Source: Acidimicrobiia bacterium
Lineage (GTDB): Bacteria; Actinomycetota; Acidimicrobiia; Spongiisociales; Spongiisociaceae
DNA length: 64,000 bases
Direction: 5' to 3'
Assembly (NCBI GenBank): GCA_041576165.1
Contig: JBFGLM010000019.1
Span: 18,715-82,714, forward strand
This document shows, in pieces, positions 49,551 to 58,669 of the stretch. Every line of letters starts with the position of its first letter. Position 1 is the stretch's first letter. Position numbers and translations under genes: made by a program. The notes below the pieces were generated by a model. That model was not told the DNA's origin. It ran no database searches and saw only the letters and a program-made list of their open reading frames with translations.

Positions 49551-50381
49551 ATGCCCATCACACCCCGCTTGCCTGCGACGATCAGCGCCGACCTGCGGCG
49601 ACTGGGAGTGCAAACCGGCGACCTGCTGATGGTTCACGCGTCCCTGCGCGCCATCGGTCCGGTAGAACTGGGCGCCGAGGGGGTGCTCGACGCCGTGACC
49701 GAAGCCGTCGGGCCGGACGGGACGCTGATGATGGTCCTGGGTGCACGCGATGAATGGGCGTGGGCGAACGAGCACCCCGAAGCAGAAAGGGAACAGCTCC
49801 TCCGTGATGCCGAGCCGTTCGATGCACTACTCACACCGGCCGATCCCGAGGTCGGCGTCCTCGCCGAAGTGTTCCGGACCCGGCCGGGCACGCTCGTGAG
49901 CGATCACCCCGAAGGCCGGTTCGCCTCGTCCGGCCGTCTCGCCGCCCAGCTCACCACCGGCGTGCCATGGGACGATTACTTTGGGCCAGGTTCACCCCTC
50001 GAGCGACTAGTCGAAGCGGGAGGCCGCATTCTCCGGCTGGGTGCCGATCCCGACACGGTCACACTGCTTCACTACGCCGAATACCTCGCTCCGATCCAGG
50101 GGAAACGGCGGATTCGCCGTCATCGGAAGGTGAAGTCTGTGGCCGGGTCACAGCTCCGGGTCGTGGAGAGCCTCGACGATTCGACCGGGATCGTCGACCA
50201 TCCGGGGGAGGACTATTTCGCCTCCATCCTGCGCGCGTACCTGGCGACGGGAAGGCCGGCTCGGGGTCGCGTAGGCGATGCTTCGAGCGAGCTGATCGAC
50301 GGTGCCGACCTGGTTCAGTTCGCCGTCGATTGGATGGCGACAAATCTCGGGAGTGTTCCCCCCGGGGATCGCCCGCTGTGA
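49551..50381 (+). CDS. Aminoglycoside 3-N-acetyltransferase (AAC(3)/Antibiotic_NAT) family protein
   Basis: MVHASLRAIGPV, GVLAEVFR, SDHPEGRF, GPGSPLERL, TLLHYAE. Confidence 0.85.
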   Translation: MPITPRLPATISADLRRLGVQTGDLLMVHASLRAIGPVELGAEGVLDAVTEAVGPDGTLMMVLGARDEWAWANEHPEAEREQLLRDAEPFDALLTPADPEVGVLAEVFRTRPGTLVSDHPEGRFASSGRLAAQLTTGVPWDDYFGPGSPLERLVEAGGRILRLGADPDTVTLLHYAEYLAPIQGKRRIRRHRKVKSVAGSQLRVVESLDDSTGIVDHPGEDYFASILRAYLATGRPARGRVGDASSELIDGADLVQFAVDWMATNLGSVPPGDRPL

Positions 50382-50514
50382 CGGGTAGTTGCGATCAGTC
50401 GAGTGATGATTCCGCCGTATGCCACCAGGCCCGTACGGACCTGCCTTCAGGGCGGCAAGCCGGCGCATGCCGCACGGCCTTCAGGGCCGATTGACAGGCT
50501 GCGAAACTGGCGAG

Positions 50515-51165
50515 ATGAGTGACGTTGCGACTGAGTTGATGCTGCTGGCGGGTGGCGACCCCTTCGAGCGCGTCCGCAAGGATTCGGAGGCGCATCAACG
50601 GAACCATAGCTGCCACTTGCACACCGCAGGCCCAGAGGTCATGCAGCTTGCGGCGTCATACGTCCGAGCCGGGAACGCCACCGACGTGCTCGATCTCGGA
50701 TGCGGTCTCGGGTATTCAACCCTGTGGCTGGCTGCAGCTGCCGGCGCCAACGGACGCGTGATTGGAGTCGATTCCGACGAAGGCCATGTCTCCGGGGCCC
50801 GGCGCTGGGCGGACGTTCTCGGCTTCGAAGACAAGGTGCGGTTTGTGGCCGGGCACGCGGCCGCAGTGCTCGACGAGCTCTCGGGGCCGTTCGATGCAAT
50901 ACACGACGACGCATGGTTCGCATCGGCACCGGACCACGTCGAGGTCATGATCAGCCTGCTTCGCCCTGGTGGTGTTCTGACGATGCCGAACTGGTTCCTG
51001 CTGGTAGACGCGATCACTGGACAGCCCCGCAACGACTGGGAACGGTTCGGCGGCCCCACCTGGGCGGCCGACACGAAGGAATATGCCCGGCAACTGGTCA
51101 GTAGGCCCGACCTCTCGATGAACTGGATCGTCGAGCCCCCGCTGGGTGTCGCCGTGAAGTCCTGA
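50515..51165 (+). CDS. SAM-dependent O-methyltransferase-like protein
   Basis: VLDLGCGLGYS, FDAIHDDA, LRPGG. Confidence 0.82.
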   Translation: MSDVATELMLLAGGDPFERVRKDSEAHQRNHSCHLHTAGPEVMQLAASYVRAGNATDVLDLGCGLGYSTLWLAAAAGANGRVIGVDSDEGHVSGARRWADVLGFEDKVRFVAGHAAAVLDELSGPFDAIHDDAWFASAPDHVEVMISLLRPGGVLTMPNWFLLVDAITGQPRNDWERFGGPTWAADTKEYARQLVSRPDLSMNWIVEPPLGVAVKS

Positions 51166-51291
51166 CGCTCCATCGGCCCAGAAGCGTTCTCGGGCTCTCA
51201 CTCTTCACCGAGGCCTGATTCTCGACAGGGGAATCAACATCTCTCCGAGGTGAGTGGCCGGGTACGCTCCCGTGGACACAGGAGGTGGGGG

Positions 51292-52767
51292 ATGGAGGGC
51301 TGTCGGGTCGGTGTCGGACGAGTGGACATCACGCCGGGCAAGCCGGGCCCCACTATGGGATGGGGTCCCCTCGGCCGCAAGGACGCCGCTCCCCCTCCCG
51401 AAGCTGACCAGCGCCTTCATGTCACGGCGCTTGCCCTGGAAGATCGTGCGGGAGACCGAGTTGTGCTGGTCACTGCCGACCTGCATTGCGGCGGTCTGCG
51501 TCTCTGGCAGGCGGCGGTCGACGAAAGCGGACTAGATCATTCCCGGGTCGTGATGTCGGGAACGCATACGCACGAAGGACCCGGTCAGAGATACGGCGCG
51601 CTGATGTACACCCTGCTGTCCGGACCCTCGCCACTTGCGCCGTGGTCCAGTTCGCGTCGGCTCGGGCCGCTGGTGCGCCAGGCCGTGCGCACCGCGATCT
51701 CATCGCTGAGCCCGGGCGGCGCAACGGTTGTGCGAGGTATCGTGACCGGTGCGGGCAGCAATCGAGCCGTTCCGGCGTGGGATCATTATGAGTCGGCTAT
51801 CCGCCGCGACTTTCTGGAGCACGGCCCGGCATCTTCGAACGACAGCTCGCTCGCCGACCGCCTTCGTGATCCGCGGGTCACCGTACTGGTCGCTCGATCA
51901 GATGACGGGTCGATTGATGCGGCCCTCGCGTGGTATGCGGTGCACGGCACCGCCCTTGGCGCAACTTGGCCGACATTCGGCTCGGACCTGTGGGGTATCG
52001 CCCGCGCCGAAGCCGAACAGGACGGGACATCTGTGGGGTTCGGCGGAGGCTCCAGCGGTGATATCTCGCCCTTGCCTGTAGACGACCAGGGTCGACTGCG
52101 CGAGCGGGATGCAGGTCGACCGTCCATCCAGGGTCGCGACCTCGCCGAGGCGGTCGGACGGCGGCTCGGACCGGCTGTCCGCTCGGTCATCGCCGACGCC
52201 AAGGTGCAGGGGTTCTCTGTGCGGGCGGCGCACGAGCAGTGGGATCCCAGGTCGGCGGGGCTGCCCGGCCCACTCAGCGGCATGGCCACCGCCGGCGGCG
52301 GGGTAGATGGCTCCACCGAGTTGTGGGCAGAGGTGGCAGACGGTGTCCGCTCGCCCCGATACTTGGCGCGACGGCGCTGGGCGCGGCCCGACACGGATGG
52401 TCAAGGCCCCAAGATCAGCATCATCCACGCATATATACCGGTCCCGCTACCGCTTGGCTGGCTGTTTCGACTGCTGGCGCCGCGCCGGGTGCCGCTGCAT
52501 GTTGTTCGGGTCGGGGATCACGCCTTCGCCACGGTGCCCGGGGAGCCGACAACGATGACGGGTTGGCGGATCGAGCAGGCCGTCCGGGCTGTGTCCGGTG
52601 TCCGTTCGGTGTCGGTGATCGGTTTCGCCGGCGACTACGCCGGCTACTGGGCCAGCCCGGAGGAGTATCTCGAACAGCGGTATGAAGCAGCCTCCACGAT
52701 CTACGGGCGAAATGCTTCGACTCGCCTTACCGAGCAGCTGACTGCGCTCGCCGCGACGTTGGCATGA
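51292..52767 (+). CDS. Neutral/alkaline ceramidase family amidohydrolase
   Basis: VDITP, SGTHTHEGPG, AVHGT, GDISP, VPGEPTT, YEAASTIYG. Confidence 0.75.
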   Translation: MEGCRVGVGRVDITPGKPGPTMGWGPLGRKDAAPPPEADQRLHVTALALEDRAGDRVVLVTADLHCGGLRLWQAAVDESGLDHSRVVMSGTHTHEGPGQRYGALMYTLLSGPSPLAPWSSSRRLGPLVRQAVRTAISSLSPGGATVVRGIVTGAGSNRAVPAWDHYESAIRRDFLEHGPASSNDSSLADRLRDPRVTVLVARSDDGSIDAALAWYAVHGTALGATWPTFGSDLWGIARAEAEQDGTSVGFGGGSSGDISPLPVDDQGRLRERDAGRPSIQGRDLAEAVGRRLGPAVRSVIADAKVQGFSVRAAHEQWDPRSAGLPGPLSGMATAGGGVDGSTELWAEVADGVRSPRYLARRRWARPDTDGQGPKISIIHAYIPVPLPLGWLFRLLAPRRVPLHVVRVGDHAFATVPGEPTTMTGWRIEQAVRAVSGVRSVSVIGFAGDYAGYWASPEEYLEQRYEAASTIYGRNASTRLTEQLTALAATLA

Positions 52768-52958
52768 GCGAGTCACAGCGCCCTGGATTTCGACCATCCA
52801 GGCGATGCATCGGCCCTCCGCTTTGTCGCCTTGCGAGGAGGCGACCGGCTGAACGCGGGTTCCCTGACCGTCGGATCCGGTGCGAGGCGCTTGCTGGCCG
52901 CGACCGAATCCCGTCTACGCTTGCCGCCAGAAACCGCGTCCAGCTCGAGAGGCAAGCC

Positions 52959-53834
52959 ATGCAGATCGGACTCCATGTCGCCAGTTTCAGCTGGCCCGAT
53001 ACCCCCTCCGCCACTGCCGACACGTTGAGCGACCTTGCTCGTATCGCCGACGACGGTGGGTTCTCGTGGCTGACGGTGATGGATCACTACTTCCAGATGG
53101 ATCAGTACTTCGACGCCTCGGAGCCGATGCTCGAGGGTTACACCACGTTGGGTTACCTGGCGGGGATCACTGATCGCGTCCGGCTCGGCCTGTTGGTGAC
53201 GGGCGTCACGTATCGCTATCCGGGGCTCCTGGCCAAGATCGTCACCACCCTCGATGTGCTGTCGGGCGGCCGGGCACTGCTCGGCATCGGTGCCGCCTGG
53301 TACCAGCGGGAGCACGACGGACTCGGCGTCCCCTACCCGGAGACCCGGGATCGCTTCGAGCAGCTCGAGGAGACTCTCCAGATCTGCCTCCGAATGTGGT
53401 CAGGCGACACCAGCGGCTATCACGGCAAGCATTATCAGCTCACCGAGACACTCAACTCACCGCCTCCGATCAGCCAGCCGCACCCACCGATCATGATCGG
53501 CGGTAGCGGCGAGAAGAAGACCCTGCGATTCGTCGCCAAATACGCCAACGCCTGCAATCTGTTTGTGAACACTCCAGATGATGCGGTGCACAAACTGGCT
53601 GTGCTGCGCCGACATTGCGAGAACGAGGGTACGGACTACGACCGGATCACGAAGACGTTTCTGTATGCAGGAGCGGCCCTCATGACCGAAGACCTCAACG
53701 GCTTCGTCAAAGAGATGCAGGGATTTGCCGAAGCTGGGATTGATGGTGTCTTCGTCATGCCCCTCGGGCCTGAGCCGGCCGCAATGACGGAGCGCTGGGC
53801 CGCCGAAGTGGTCCCAAAGCTCGCCGAGATGTGA
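52959..53834 (+). CDS. LLM-class F420-dependent oxidoreductase (Rv1855c-like)
   Basis: VMDHYFQ, MLEGYTTLG, LVTGVTYR, TTLDVLSGGR, IGGSGEKKTL. Confidence 0.9.
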   Translation: MQIGLHVASFSWPDTPSATADTLSDLARIADDGGFSWLTVMDHYFQMDQYFDASEPMLEGYTTLGYLAGITDRVRLGLLVTGVTYRYPGLLAKIVTTLDVLSGGRALLGIGAAWYQREHDGLGVPYPETRDRFEQLEETLQICLRMWSGDTSGYHGKHYQLTETLNSPPPISQPHPPIMIGGSGEKKTLRFVAKYANACNLFVNTPDDAVHKLAVLRRHCENEGTDYDRITKTFLYAGAALMTEDLNGFVKEMQGFAEAGIDGVFVMPLGPEPAAMTERWAAEVVPKLAEM

Positions 53835-54018
53835 CAGCGGGCGCAGCTTTGAGGCCGTGCAGGGCCGCCAGCAAGCCGGTCGGGAATCCCGGCCTACCGC
53901 AAGTGCTCGAGGCGGAGATGAGGTGTCGCTACGCGGTCCGAAAACTACTGCTTTGGTTGGCAACTGCGACCGTCGCGCGGGGGCCGCTCGGATTCAACCG
54001 AGCGCTGCTCGGTGCCGA

Positions 54019-54512
54019 TCATCGGAGAGCTCCTGCTCCGGGTTGGGATCTGCCGCCTGCGCGGCCGGCACGCGTTTGATTGCTGGGTTCTCGGTGGGTG
54101 AGCACGCCGGTGACAACGAGTCCGACGGCGAGGATTTCAATGGGTTGGGGGATCTGGGCCAGCGCGATGATGACCGCGGTGGCGGGGAGAAGTGCGAAGA
54201 AGAGGTGGCTCGGGCGAGTCGCTCCATTGCCATCTGGTCGAACACGTAGGGAATGACTGATGAGCTGACACCGACCCCAATTCCGGCGGCCACGGCGACT
54301 GCGTCTACCAGAGCAGGGGCGGCGTCGAGGATCCCCAGGGGCATGATGGCGACGCCGGCGATGAGCATGGATGCGCCGAGCCGATCGATGGAGCTGGTGT
54401 TCGCGTCGGCTCGGGCGATGGCGTGGGCGAGGAGGATGTAGAGGGTGAACAGAGCCCCGTTGGTGAATGCCCAGAAGAACGCGCCGGGATCGCCCTCGAA
54501 TCGGACGTCGTC
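54019..54512 (-). pseudogene. EamA/RhtA-type transporter, 5'-truncated and frameshifted
   Basis: DVRFEGDPGAFFWAFTNGALFTLYILLAH...SSVIPYVFDQMAM.. then a frame change near 54205 to LFFALLPATAVII; the N-terminal half is absent. Confidence 0.65.
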
Positions 54513-54514
54513 GC

Positions 54515-54664
54515 CTCAGCGATCGGAGCCGGCTGAAACACTGCCCAGCCTGCGGGTGGCTCCTTCTCGACCAAACCCGCAACGGCCGCCGTCGCTGGTG
54601 CGACATGGCCGATTGCGGTAGCAGAGCCAAAGCCCGCGGCTACTACCACCGCCACAAGACTTGA
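54515..54664 (+). pseudogene. CGNR zinc-finger protein, C-terminal fragment
   Basis: RLKHCPACGWLLLDQTRNGRRRWCDMADCGSRAK; no N-terminal ABATE domain. Confidence 0.7.
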
Positions 54665-54840
54665 CACGGGGCTACTCGCCGGCGTTCATCGGCCCGTTGC
54701 GCCCGGAGTCCGTAGTGTTGAGTCCCAATGCCCTATCGACTCCCACCTGCTCATCAGTACATTCAGCGCATGGCTTCACACGGTTGCGCCCCCCATCGCC
54801 GGATGGATGTGTGGGCCACCGGCAGCGGATGGAGATGCCG

Positions 54841-55989
54841 ATGACCCAACCTTCCATTCAGCCCTCCATCGACCAAGCGGCTGCCGACGCCCTGCTCGGT
54901 CGGAGCCTCATCACTACCCAAGAGTGGTCGACGGACGACCTGGCCACGGTCCGCGCTTATGCACGACTGATCGCCGACCTCGACCGCCGCGGGATCCGCA
55001 CCCCGCTGTGCCCTGCGGAGCTGGCGTGGGCGGCTTTCTTCGATCAATCGACCCGAACCAAGAGCGCCTGGGGAGGTGCCGCCGCTCGGCTCGGCATGCA
55101 TCCGGTCATCATCGAAGGCTCGACGACACAGGTCTCCCACGGCGAGACGGCGGCGGAGACTGGCGCCATGATCGGGATGAATGCCCACGCTATGGGAATC
55201 CGCCACGACAAGATCCTCGGCGAAGGCAACACCTTCATCCGTGAGCTGAAGCGAGGCATCGACGACTACCTCGCCGCCACCGACGATGCACGTCATGTGC
55301 CGGTGGTCAATCTGCAGTGCGACGTCGACCATCCCACCCAGACGATGGCGGATCTCTTGTGGCTGGAGGACAACTTCGCCGATCTCAGCGATCGCAACAT
55401 CACGGTGAGCTGGGCCTATTCGCCATCGTATGCAAAGCCATTGTCGGTTCCGCAGGGGCTCATCACGTTGCTGACCCGGTTCGGTGCCAACGTCACGCTG
55501 GCTCACCCGCCTGGCTACCGACTAACCGATGAGACGATGGCCGCCGCAGAGGGCAACTCAGCCACCGGCGGATCATTCCGGGTGGTCGACGACATGGACG
55601 AGGCGTTTGCCGACGCCGATGCCGTCTACCCAAAGAGCTGGGGCGCATACGACCTGATGCTCGAGCGGATCGACGCCAATGCCGCCCGCGACGAAGGCGA
55701 ACTGGCGGCCATCGAAGCGCGGGCGCTGCAACGCAACGCCGGCCACAGCGACTGGATCTGTGACGAGCGGCGGATGGGTCTTACCCGGAACGGTGAGGCG
55801 TTGTACCTGCACTGCCTGCCGGCCGATATCGACGCCGAGGTGAGCCCAGGGGTGATGGCTCGACACAAGGTGAACGTCGCCCGTCAGGCCAATTGGAAGA
55901 TGTACGTGATCATGGCGCTGCTTGCCGGGGCCAAGGTCCCGGGCTTGCCAGCGGCGCTGGCGGACCTCGAACAGGAGGGATCCCGATGA
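54841..55989 (+). CDS. ygeW: YgeW-like knotted carbamoyltransferase
   Basis: FDQSTRT, SHGET, GIRHD, NLQCDVDHPTQ, SWAYSPSYAKPLSVPQG, HCLPADI. Confidence 0.8.
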   Translation: MTQPSIQPSIDQAAADALLGRSLITTQEWSTDDLATVRAYARLIADLDRRGIRTPLCPAELAWAAFFDQSTRTKSAWGGAAARLGMHPVIIEGSTTQVSHGETAAETGAMIGMNAHAMGIRHDKILGEGNTFIRELKRGIDDYLAATDDARHVPVVNLQCDVDHPTQTMADLLWLEDNFADLSDRNITVSWAYSPSYAKPLSVPQGLITLLTRFGANVTLAHPPGYRLTDETMAAAEGNSATGGSFRVVDDMDEAFADADAVYPKSWGAYDLMLERIDANAARDEGELAAIEARALQRNAGHSDWICDERRMGLTRNGEALYLHCLPADIDAEVSPGVMARHKVNVARQANWKMYVIMALLAGAKVPGLPAALADLEQEGSR

Positions 55990-57548
55990 CTCAAGTCGAC
56001 CCGCAACAAAGCACCCACCTGGACGCTCGGGTCGCCGAGCTGAGCCAGTTCTACCTACCGCTCGCAGTGTCCATCTTGCGCGAATGCATCCGGATCCCAG
56101 CCGACTACGTCGATCGACCGATCGATGAGGGTGGCGACCCGGATTGCGGCACGAGCAACCACGAAGGTCCACGTCTGGAGTTCTTGAAGCAGACGATCAT
56201 CGACATCGGTGCCGTGCGCCAGCCGGGAGACGTGTGGTTCGACGACTACGGCAACCTGGTGTGGACGGTTTACGATCCCGAAGACGGCGTCTACCCCGAT
56301 CACAAACGGGTTGTGTACTTCGACGGGCACACCGACACGGTGCGTGCGCTGCGGTCGACGTGGAGGGAGAAGCTCGGGGGGATCGATGCCTACGACGGCC
56401 TCGTCGACACCGACGCAGTCGACCGCGACTTCCTCCGCAGCGAGCTGGGTCACCTGCCTCCCGACAACGAATGGGATCAGCTGATCTTCGGAAGGGGTGC
56501 AGCCGACCAGCTCGCCGGCGTGGTCTCGCAGGTCCTGGCCACGAAGATCGCCCTCGAGCTGACCCGGGAAGGCGCGTTGCGCGGAGTGATCGTCCGGTCG
56601 TACGCAACGGTATGCGAGGAGGACAACGACGGCGGCGGGGCGATGTACCTGATGAAGGACGTCCTTCCCGGGGCGAGGCCCGACATGATTCCCGACGTCG
56701 TCATCCTCACGGAAGGAACGGGAGACGCCCACAAGGGTGCGCTCGGGATCTACCGGGGCCAACGGGGCCGGATGCAGATCGAAGTGACGGTCACGGGCCG
56801 CTCGAGCCACGGTTCCATGCCGTGGGAGGGGCTCAATCCTCTCGAGTACGGCGCAGCCATCATCGCGGAGGCCGCCCGGCGCTACGACGAGCGGGACGGC
56901 TTCCTCGACGACCCCTTTCTCAGTCACGGCACCCGGACGGCATCGTGGTCCCAGCTGGAGACCCCCAGCGATTGCGCTGTGCCCGATCGATTCACGTTCC
57001 GGTTCGACCGCCGGCTCACAACCGGCGAGGAGCCCGACCAGGCGGTCGCCGACATCGATTCACTCGATGCGGTACAGGCGGCCCGCGACGCCGGGCTGAC
57101 GGTCGACGTTGGCGTGCCGATCTACAAGGGTGTCACCTGGCGTGGCTATGCGCTTGGGAACGAGCAGACATACCTCGGATGGGTGACACCCGCCGAGCAC
57201 CCGGCGATCGAGACTGCCGCTGCGGTGTACGAGTCGGTCATCTCGCCGAACGTCGACGCAACGTGGTCTGCTGACGGAGGCCTGCGGGCCGAGGCTCGCG
57301 TCGACCGCTGGATCTTCTCGACCGACGGCGTCGGCTATCCGATTCCGAGTTCGAACACCGCCGTCGAGGTGCCGGAGAGCAAGAACTGGGTGGACGCCGG
57401 TACGTTCAAACATGCCGCGATGTTCGGGATCAGCCCAGGGATCGAGCAGAACACTCACAAGATCGGTGAATGTGTGGACCAGCGCGAGCTCCGCTGGGCG
57501 ATCGCATTCTTGGCGAGGTACCCGGGCGCCTACGCTGAGCGGTTGTGA
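55986..57548 (+). CDS. M20-family hydrolase, YgeY-like
   Basis: FDGHTDTV, GRGAADQ, EEDNDG, IYRGQRGRM, GRSSHGS, SDCAVPD, DRRLT, FSTDGV; ATGA coupling to ygeW. Confidence 0.78.
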   Translation: MTQVDPQQSTHLDARVAELSQFYLPLAVSILRECIRIPADYVDRPIDEGGDPDCGTSNHEGPRLEFLKQTIIDIGAVRQPGDVWFDDYGNLVWTVYDPEDGVYPDHKRVVYFDGHTDTVRALRSTWREKLGGIDAYDGLVDTDAVDRDFLRSELGHLPPDNEWDQLIFGRGAADQLAGVVSQVLATKIALELTREGALRGVIVRSYATVCEEDNDGGGAMYLMKDVLPGARPDMIPDVVILTEGTGDAHKGALGIYRGQRGRMQIEVTVTGRSSHGSMPWEGLNPLEYGAAIIAEAARRYDERDGFLDDPFLSHGTRTASWSQLETPSDCAVPDRFTFRFDRRLTTGEEPDQAVADIDSLDAVQAARDAGLTVDVGVPIYKGVTWRGYALGNEQTYLGWVTPAEHPAIETAAAVYESVISPNVDATWSADGGLRAEARVDRWIFSTDGVGYPIPSSNTAVEVPESKNWVDAGTFKHAAMFGISPGIEQNTHKIGECVDQRELRWAIAFLARYPGAYAERL

Positions 57549-57721
57549 CGCCGGTGGGCCTATGGGGCCAGGACGCTGATCCATCTCCGCCAACCCAGAT
57601 TGCCAGCTAGCGGCGCCGGGATCGCTCGCGCTGTTCTACACCGGCGGCCGCCAATGACGATCGCGCTGGATCGGCGCGGGGTGCCGAGGCGGAGAGAACA
57701 CCGGCGATGCCGCCATACTGC

Positions 57722-58552
57722 TCAGCTGCGGCGGCCGCTGGCCACGAGCAGGTTCGGTTCCATGACGAGGGACCCGCGGTCGGTGAATGGCTCGCACCTC
57801 TCGACGATCGCATGCTGCAACGCGATTCGCCTGTCTTCGTCGAGCTCCGCCGCTAGGGCGGCGAGTGGCGTGCTGGTGACGTACTGCCAGATGAAGTCGG
57901 CGGCCGGCGCCACCCGCAGCTGGATGGGGCGGTAGTCGATGTCGGTGTCGGCAAACCCGGCCCGGTCGAGCGCCGAGGCCACGTGGTCGGGGTCGTTCAC
58001 AGAGAACACCGTGCCGATGAATTGGGCTGCCCCCGGCCCCAGGTAGTCGGAGAGGACGACGTCGATGGCCTCGAACAGGGGCGGCGTCGGTCCAACGGTA
58101 GTGAGACTGAGACGGCCGCCGCCGGTGAGCACCCGTCGCATCTCGCCCAGCGCCGCTGCCTTGTCGGCAAAGAACTGAAATCCGAGCGAGCTCACGACGG
58201 CGTCGAAGGCCCCGTCCTCGAATGGCAGATCCTCAGCAGCGCCCTCGTGCCATTCGATCTCGGGCCCGTTCGCACCTGTGCTCCGGGCGACGGCGAGCAT
58301 CGCCGAGTTGATGTCGATACCGGCGACCGTGCCGGTTCTTCCGACGTGGTCGGCGGCGAATCGAGCGGCGACTCCGGTGCCGCAAGCGACGTCGAGCACT
58401 CGGTCCCCCTCTTCAAGGACGGCCGCCGCCACCACGGCTCGGGCGTTGGGCGCGCCGATGTCCGGCACGAAGAAACGTTCGTAGTTTTCGGCGGGGTTGC
58501 CTGCGTACATCTCGTACAAGCTCCTGGCGCCATGTAGTTGTGACCGGGTCAA
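57722..58552 (-). CDS. Class I SAM-dependent methyltransferase
   Basis: AENYERFFVP, VLDVACGTG, LPFEDGAFD; GAGGAGG RBS. Confidence 0.88.
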   Translation of the reverse strand: MTRSQLHGARSLYEMYAGNPAENYERFFVPDIGAPNARAVVAAAVLEEGDRVLDVACGTGVAARFAADHVGRTGTVAGIDINSAMLAVARSTGANGPEIEWHEGAAEDLPFEDGAFDAVVSSLGFQFFADKAAALGEMRRVLTGGGRLSLTTVGPTPPLFEAIDVVLSDYLGPGAAQFIGTVFSVNDPDHVASALDRAGFADTDIDYRPIQLRVAPAADFIWQYVTSTPLAALAAELDEDRRIALQHAIVERCEPFTDRGSLVMEPNLLVASGRRS

Positions 58553-58669
58553 CGAATGCCTCCTCTGGGTCGTTGGCTCGACCGTATGACAGAGGCTGGC
58601 TCCGGCGCTTCGGGCGAATCACGCATTCTGGTTTTGCTGAGAGTCAGGGAAATCCCGTACGCAGAAAGG

